Source of the DNA: Negaprion brevirostris
Taxonomy: Eukaryota
Assembly: GCA_030324005.1 (NCBI GenBank)
Contig: JARDVH010000140.1
Span: 34,646,232 to 34,710,231 of the forward strand
Direction of reading: 5' to 3'
Length of the DNA: 64,000 nucleotides
The notes under the pieces were generated by a model. That model did no database searches. It saw only the letters and a program-made list of their open reading frames with translations, and was not told the origin of the DNA. The stretch's first letter is position 1; each line of letters begins with the position of its first letter. This document shows, piece after piece, positions 61,171 to 64,000 of this stretch. A program made the position numbers and the translations under genes.

Positions 61171-62259
61171 CCTTCTCCATCCGCTCTGTCACAGCAGAAG
61201 TGCCTAATGCTAGGAGTTTGTCCTCCCACTCTGACTCTGACAGATCTCCTGCTTTAGCTCAGGCATGGCTGATGTGACATTTAACTCCAGAATCAGCAAA
61301 TCTAATCTGATTTCAGCTGTGGCGGGAATAGAGGGGGTGACAGGTGACCCCAGCGCCCCAGGGCTCAGTCAGGGTCACTGGAACTGATACTGATCCAGTG
61401 CTGTGTCTGTGAGAGTCCAGATGTGTGTGAGCACACAGTCTGATTGGGCTGTGAATCCCTCTGCAGAAAATACCTTGTGGACATTTACTGTCCTGACGGA
61501 CACATGAAGACAGATACTCAATGTGGGTTAGAGCAGGGGTTGTTCTCCAATCAATGAAAGGAAGAGATTGGCAGAGATTTCAATCAATACATTTCACTCA
61601 CGATCATTCTTGAACAAAAATGATAGCTGTTTCTCTATTTTTATTTAAATTCCATTCCCTGGTTGCAGCAGGGTTCATTGACACGTTCCTTACATCCCTG
61701 CTGCTGCCTCCTGTTTGCTGTGGACTCCTGCCCACTAAGAACAACATCTCAAATTCTCCAACCTCCTCTCCCTGCAAGCCCCTTCCAGCTGTGAAAGGAG
61801 AGAGGTTGACACGGACGGGGTGGGGAGAGCAGTCAGTATGGTCCCAGATGTGTTCTGAGTGAGTCTGACAGTCATTTCCTGGCAGGCTGACATCCTTGGC
61901 ATATTGTCCAGTTTCTACCTCCCTACATAGTCCCATCACCAAAATACATCTGGCTTTCAGCAATCCCCAAGGTCTTGTAAAGATCTCACACTGTGAACCT
62001 TGCAGATTGCACTAACACTGCAACCTCAGAGAATGACAGGGAGGAGAGACCATCATGATTTTTCCATCAGATGATTCACACTATCCCCCACTTAATGGAT
62101 AGGGGTGAGGCAGAGACAAATGAAACAGCATACGATATATCGGCTCCTCAATAAACTTGNNNNNNNNNNNNNNNNNNNNNNNNNNNNNNNNNNNNNNNNN
62201 NNNNNNNNNNNNNNNNNNNNNNNNNNNNNNNNNNNNNNNNNNNNNNNNNNNNNNNNNNN

Positions 62260-62443
62260 TGATTGGAACGTGAGTCTTTACAGGTAATCAAGTCTTAAAG
62301 GTACAGACAATGTGAGTGGGGAGAGAGAGACAAGCACAGGTTAAAGAGATGTGTATTGTCTCCAGCCAGGACAGCTAGTGAGATTTTACAAGTCCAGGCA
62401 AGTCGTGGAGGTTACAGATAATGTGACATGAACCCAAGATCTC
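62260..62443 (-). mobile_element. Penelope-like element 3' fragment
   Basis: Reverse strand AGATCTTGGGTTCATGTCACATTAT encodes DLGFMSHY, the typical end of the Penelope GIY-YIG ORF (GLNRDLGF.SHY). Confidence 0.65.
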
Positions 62444-62749
62444 TCCTTGTAGAGGCTCCCAGCACCAACGCAAAACTCTTTTCACGTTTGCACACCAGCA
62501 CTTAAAAGCTGATAAATTCAGAATAGCAGTGGGATGTGAATATACAAATATATATGAATTATTGGTAAATAGAGCTGGTTATCAGAAGGAACTAAAGTTT
62601 CTTCAATCAGCATTAAATCAAAATATTATGAAGTGTCCCCCTAGGTTGATGTGACGCATCTGCTGGGTGCGTGAAGAGCATTAGCATGCTTTCTACTTTT
62701 GTGTGCAAGTTTGCTTCTTATTTTTAGCCTGCATCATTTATCAACTACA

Positions 62750-63010
62750 ATATGAAAATGGGAGCCAAATGTGTAAAGTCTTTTCCTATCAACACACCGC
62801 TTCACTGGCAAGTCTTCAGCAGTGATCCTCATGGTGACGCATGACTTCTTTCAGAACAAACCATTCACAAGGGACTTCCAAAATCCGGGCATTGGGCAAC
62901 AGGCGGATCTGATCATCATGAGACATGACTCTCTGAAAAGCATTCTTAATTCACACAAGTACTACAGCATTGACTGTGATACAGATTACTCCCTGGTATA
63001 TAGGCTTACT
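62750..63010 (+). mobile_element. RTE-type endonuclease fragment
   Basis: ..FFQNKP..QADLIIMRHDSLKSILNSHKYYSIDCDTDYSLV.. (APE C-terminal D.I..R...ADC.TDH.LV pattern). Confidence 0.65.
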
Positions 63011-63539
63011 GGCATGTAGAAACTGCCAGGCATCATGAACGAAACTGCAGGTTCTCAGCGTACAGTTCCACTGCCTTTTGGATACCTCGGAAGAATTGAA
63101 GGCGAAGGGAGAATATTCCTTATAAAATATCGGGAACGGAGCCCAAAGAGAGAAATGAATATCTAAATATCTCATCTTTTTGGTTCTCTTGCAACCAAGC
63201 CTGTGCAAAACATAATGTTTGCATTCATTTGGACTAAACTGGAGAAACAGAGAGGGAGCCCTGACATTTGAACATTCTGGGGTCTCATTAACCATGTCCA
63301 TACTTGTGCCCAGTTTCACTACCTAGTAGGCAGCAATTATGAATGAAAAGCCCAACTCAATTGATATAGAGAACAGATGCTATAGCTGCCTCTGATGATG
63401 GAAAGAACCATTGTATCCCACTATTAAGACATCATGCATCTCAATTTGGGCAGCTCCTGAAGTGTGACCTGTCATTGCCCATCTGTTTAAATGGGTGCTT
63501 GGAGATTAGGGTCAATGGAATGCAACAGAAAAGGTAAAG

Positions 63540-64000
63540 AAACAAACAAACAAAAAGAAAGAAGATGCCAATCTTCTATTTGTAAGCTGGAATGTCAAGA
63601 CTGTGTGCACGGGTTTGACAACTGATTTGCAGCTGGTCAATAATGTAAGCAAAGTTGCCATAATCAACATGGAACTTGAATGGCTGAACATTGAGATAGT
63701 TTCTCTTCAAGAGACCAGACTTGCTGAGAACAAATCACTGGTAGGCAAACATATATGTTCACCTGGCATGGAAAGAGTTCACAGGAAACATGTGAGCAAG
63801 ATTTAGATTTCCCGCCAACAAATCCACTACTCTTAATGACAGATGCCTCCGCAAGTAGTTCAGAATGTGTTCTCTCCATCAGCCTCTCAACTCAAACAAG
63901 GCCAGTTAATCCCATGAGTACCTACACTCCAATGCTGTGCTCCACCACAGAAGTGAAGGTTAATTCCATGAGAAGTATGACACTGCTATCAGCAAAATCT
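63540..64000 (+). mobile_element. RTE-type LINE, start of APE endonuclease (continues beyond window)
   Basis: ..FVSWNVKTVCTGLTTDLQLVNNVSKVAIINMELEWLNIEIVSLQETRLAE.. (WNVRT...EL.RL.IDI.ALQETRL pattern). Confidence 0.8.

Overview
This is eukaryotic (vertebrate) genomic DNA, most likely from a shark or other elasmobranch, judged from HE1-type V-SINEs, SacSINE/DeuSINE-type SINEs and abundant CR1 LINEs. It comes from a gapped draft assembly. The window holds the 3' three-quarters of BAZ1B (WSTF) on the + strand as 12 coding exons from 1896 to the stop at 37371. All have canonical GT-AG junctions with consistent phases, and together they encode the end of the N-motif, DDT, WHIM/WSD, PHD finger and bromodomain. 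A 3' UTR of about 1.7 kb follows. The introns and the roughly 25 kb downstream consist of decayed CR1, L2, RTE, Tx1, Penelope, Gypsy and hAT elements plus several SINE families, and I recognise no second protein gene. The most notable observations are: (1) Gly sits at the position equivalent to the kinase-essential Cys338 of human WSTF; (2) a single-ORF LINE carries a tRNA-like Pol III head, and its internally deleted SINE derivative is also in the window; (3) that LINE contains a local inverted duplication; (4) an intron that I recall splitting this region in human is absent; (5) there is a candidate in-frame cassette exon; and (6) Penelope-derived repeats carry decayed hammerhead-ribozyme motifs. 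Repeat family names and human comparisons come from recall, not from database searches, and repeat boundaries are approximate.
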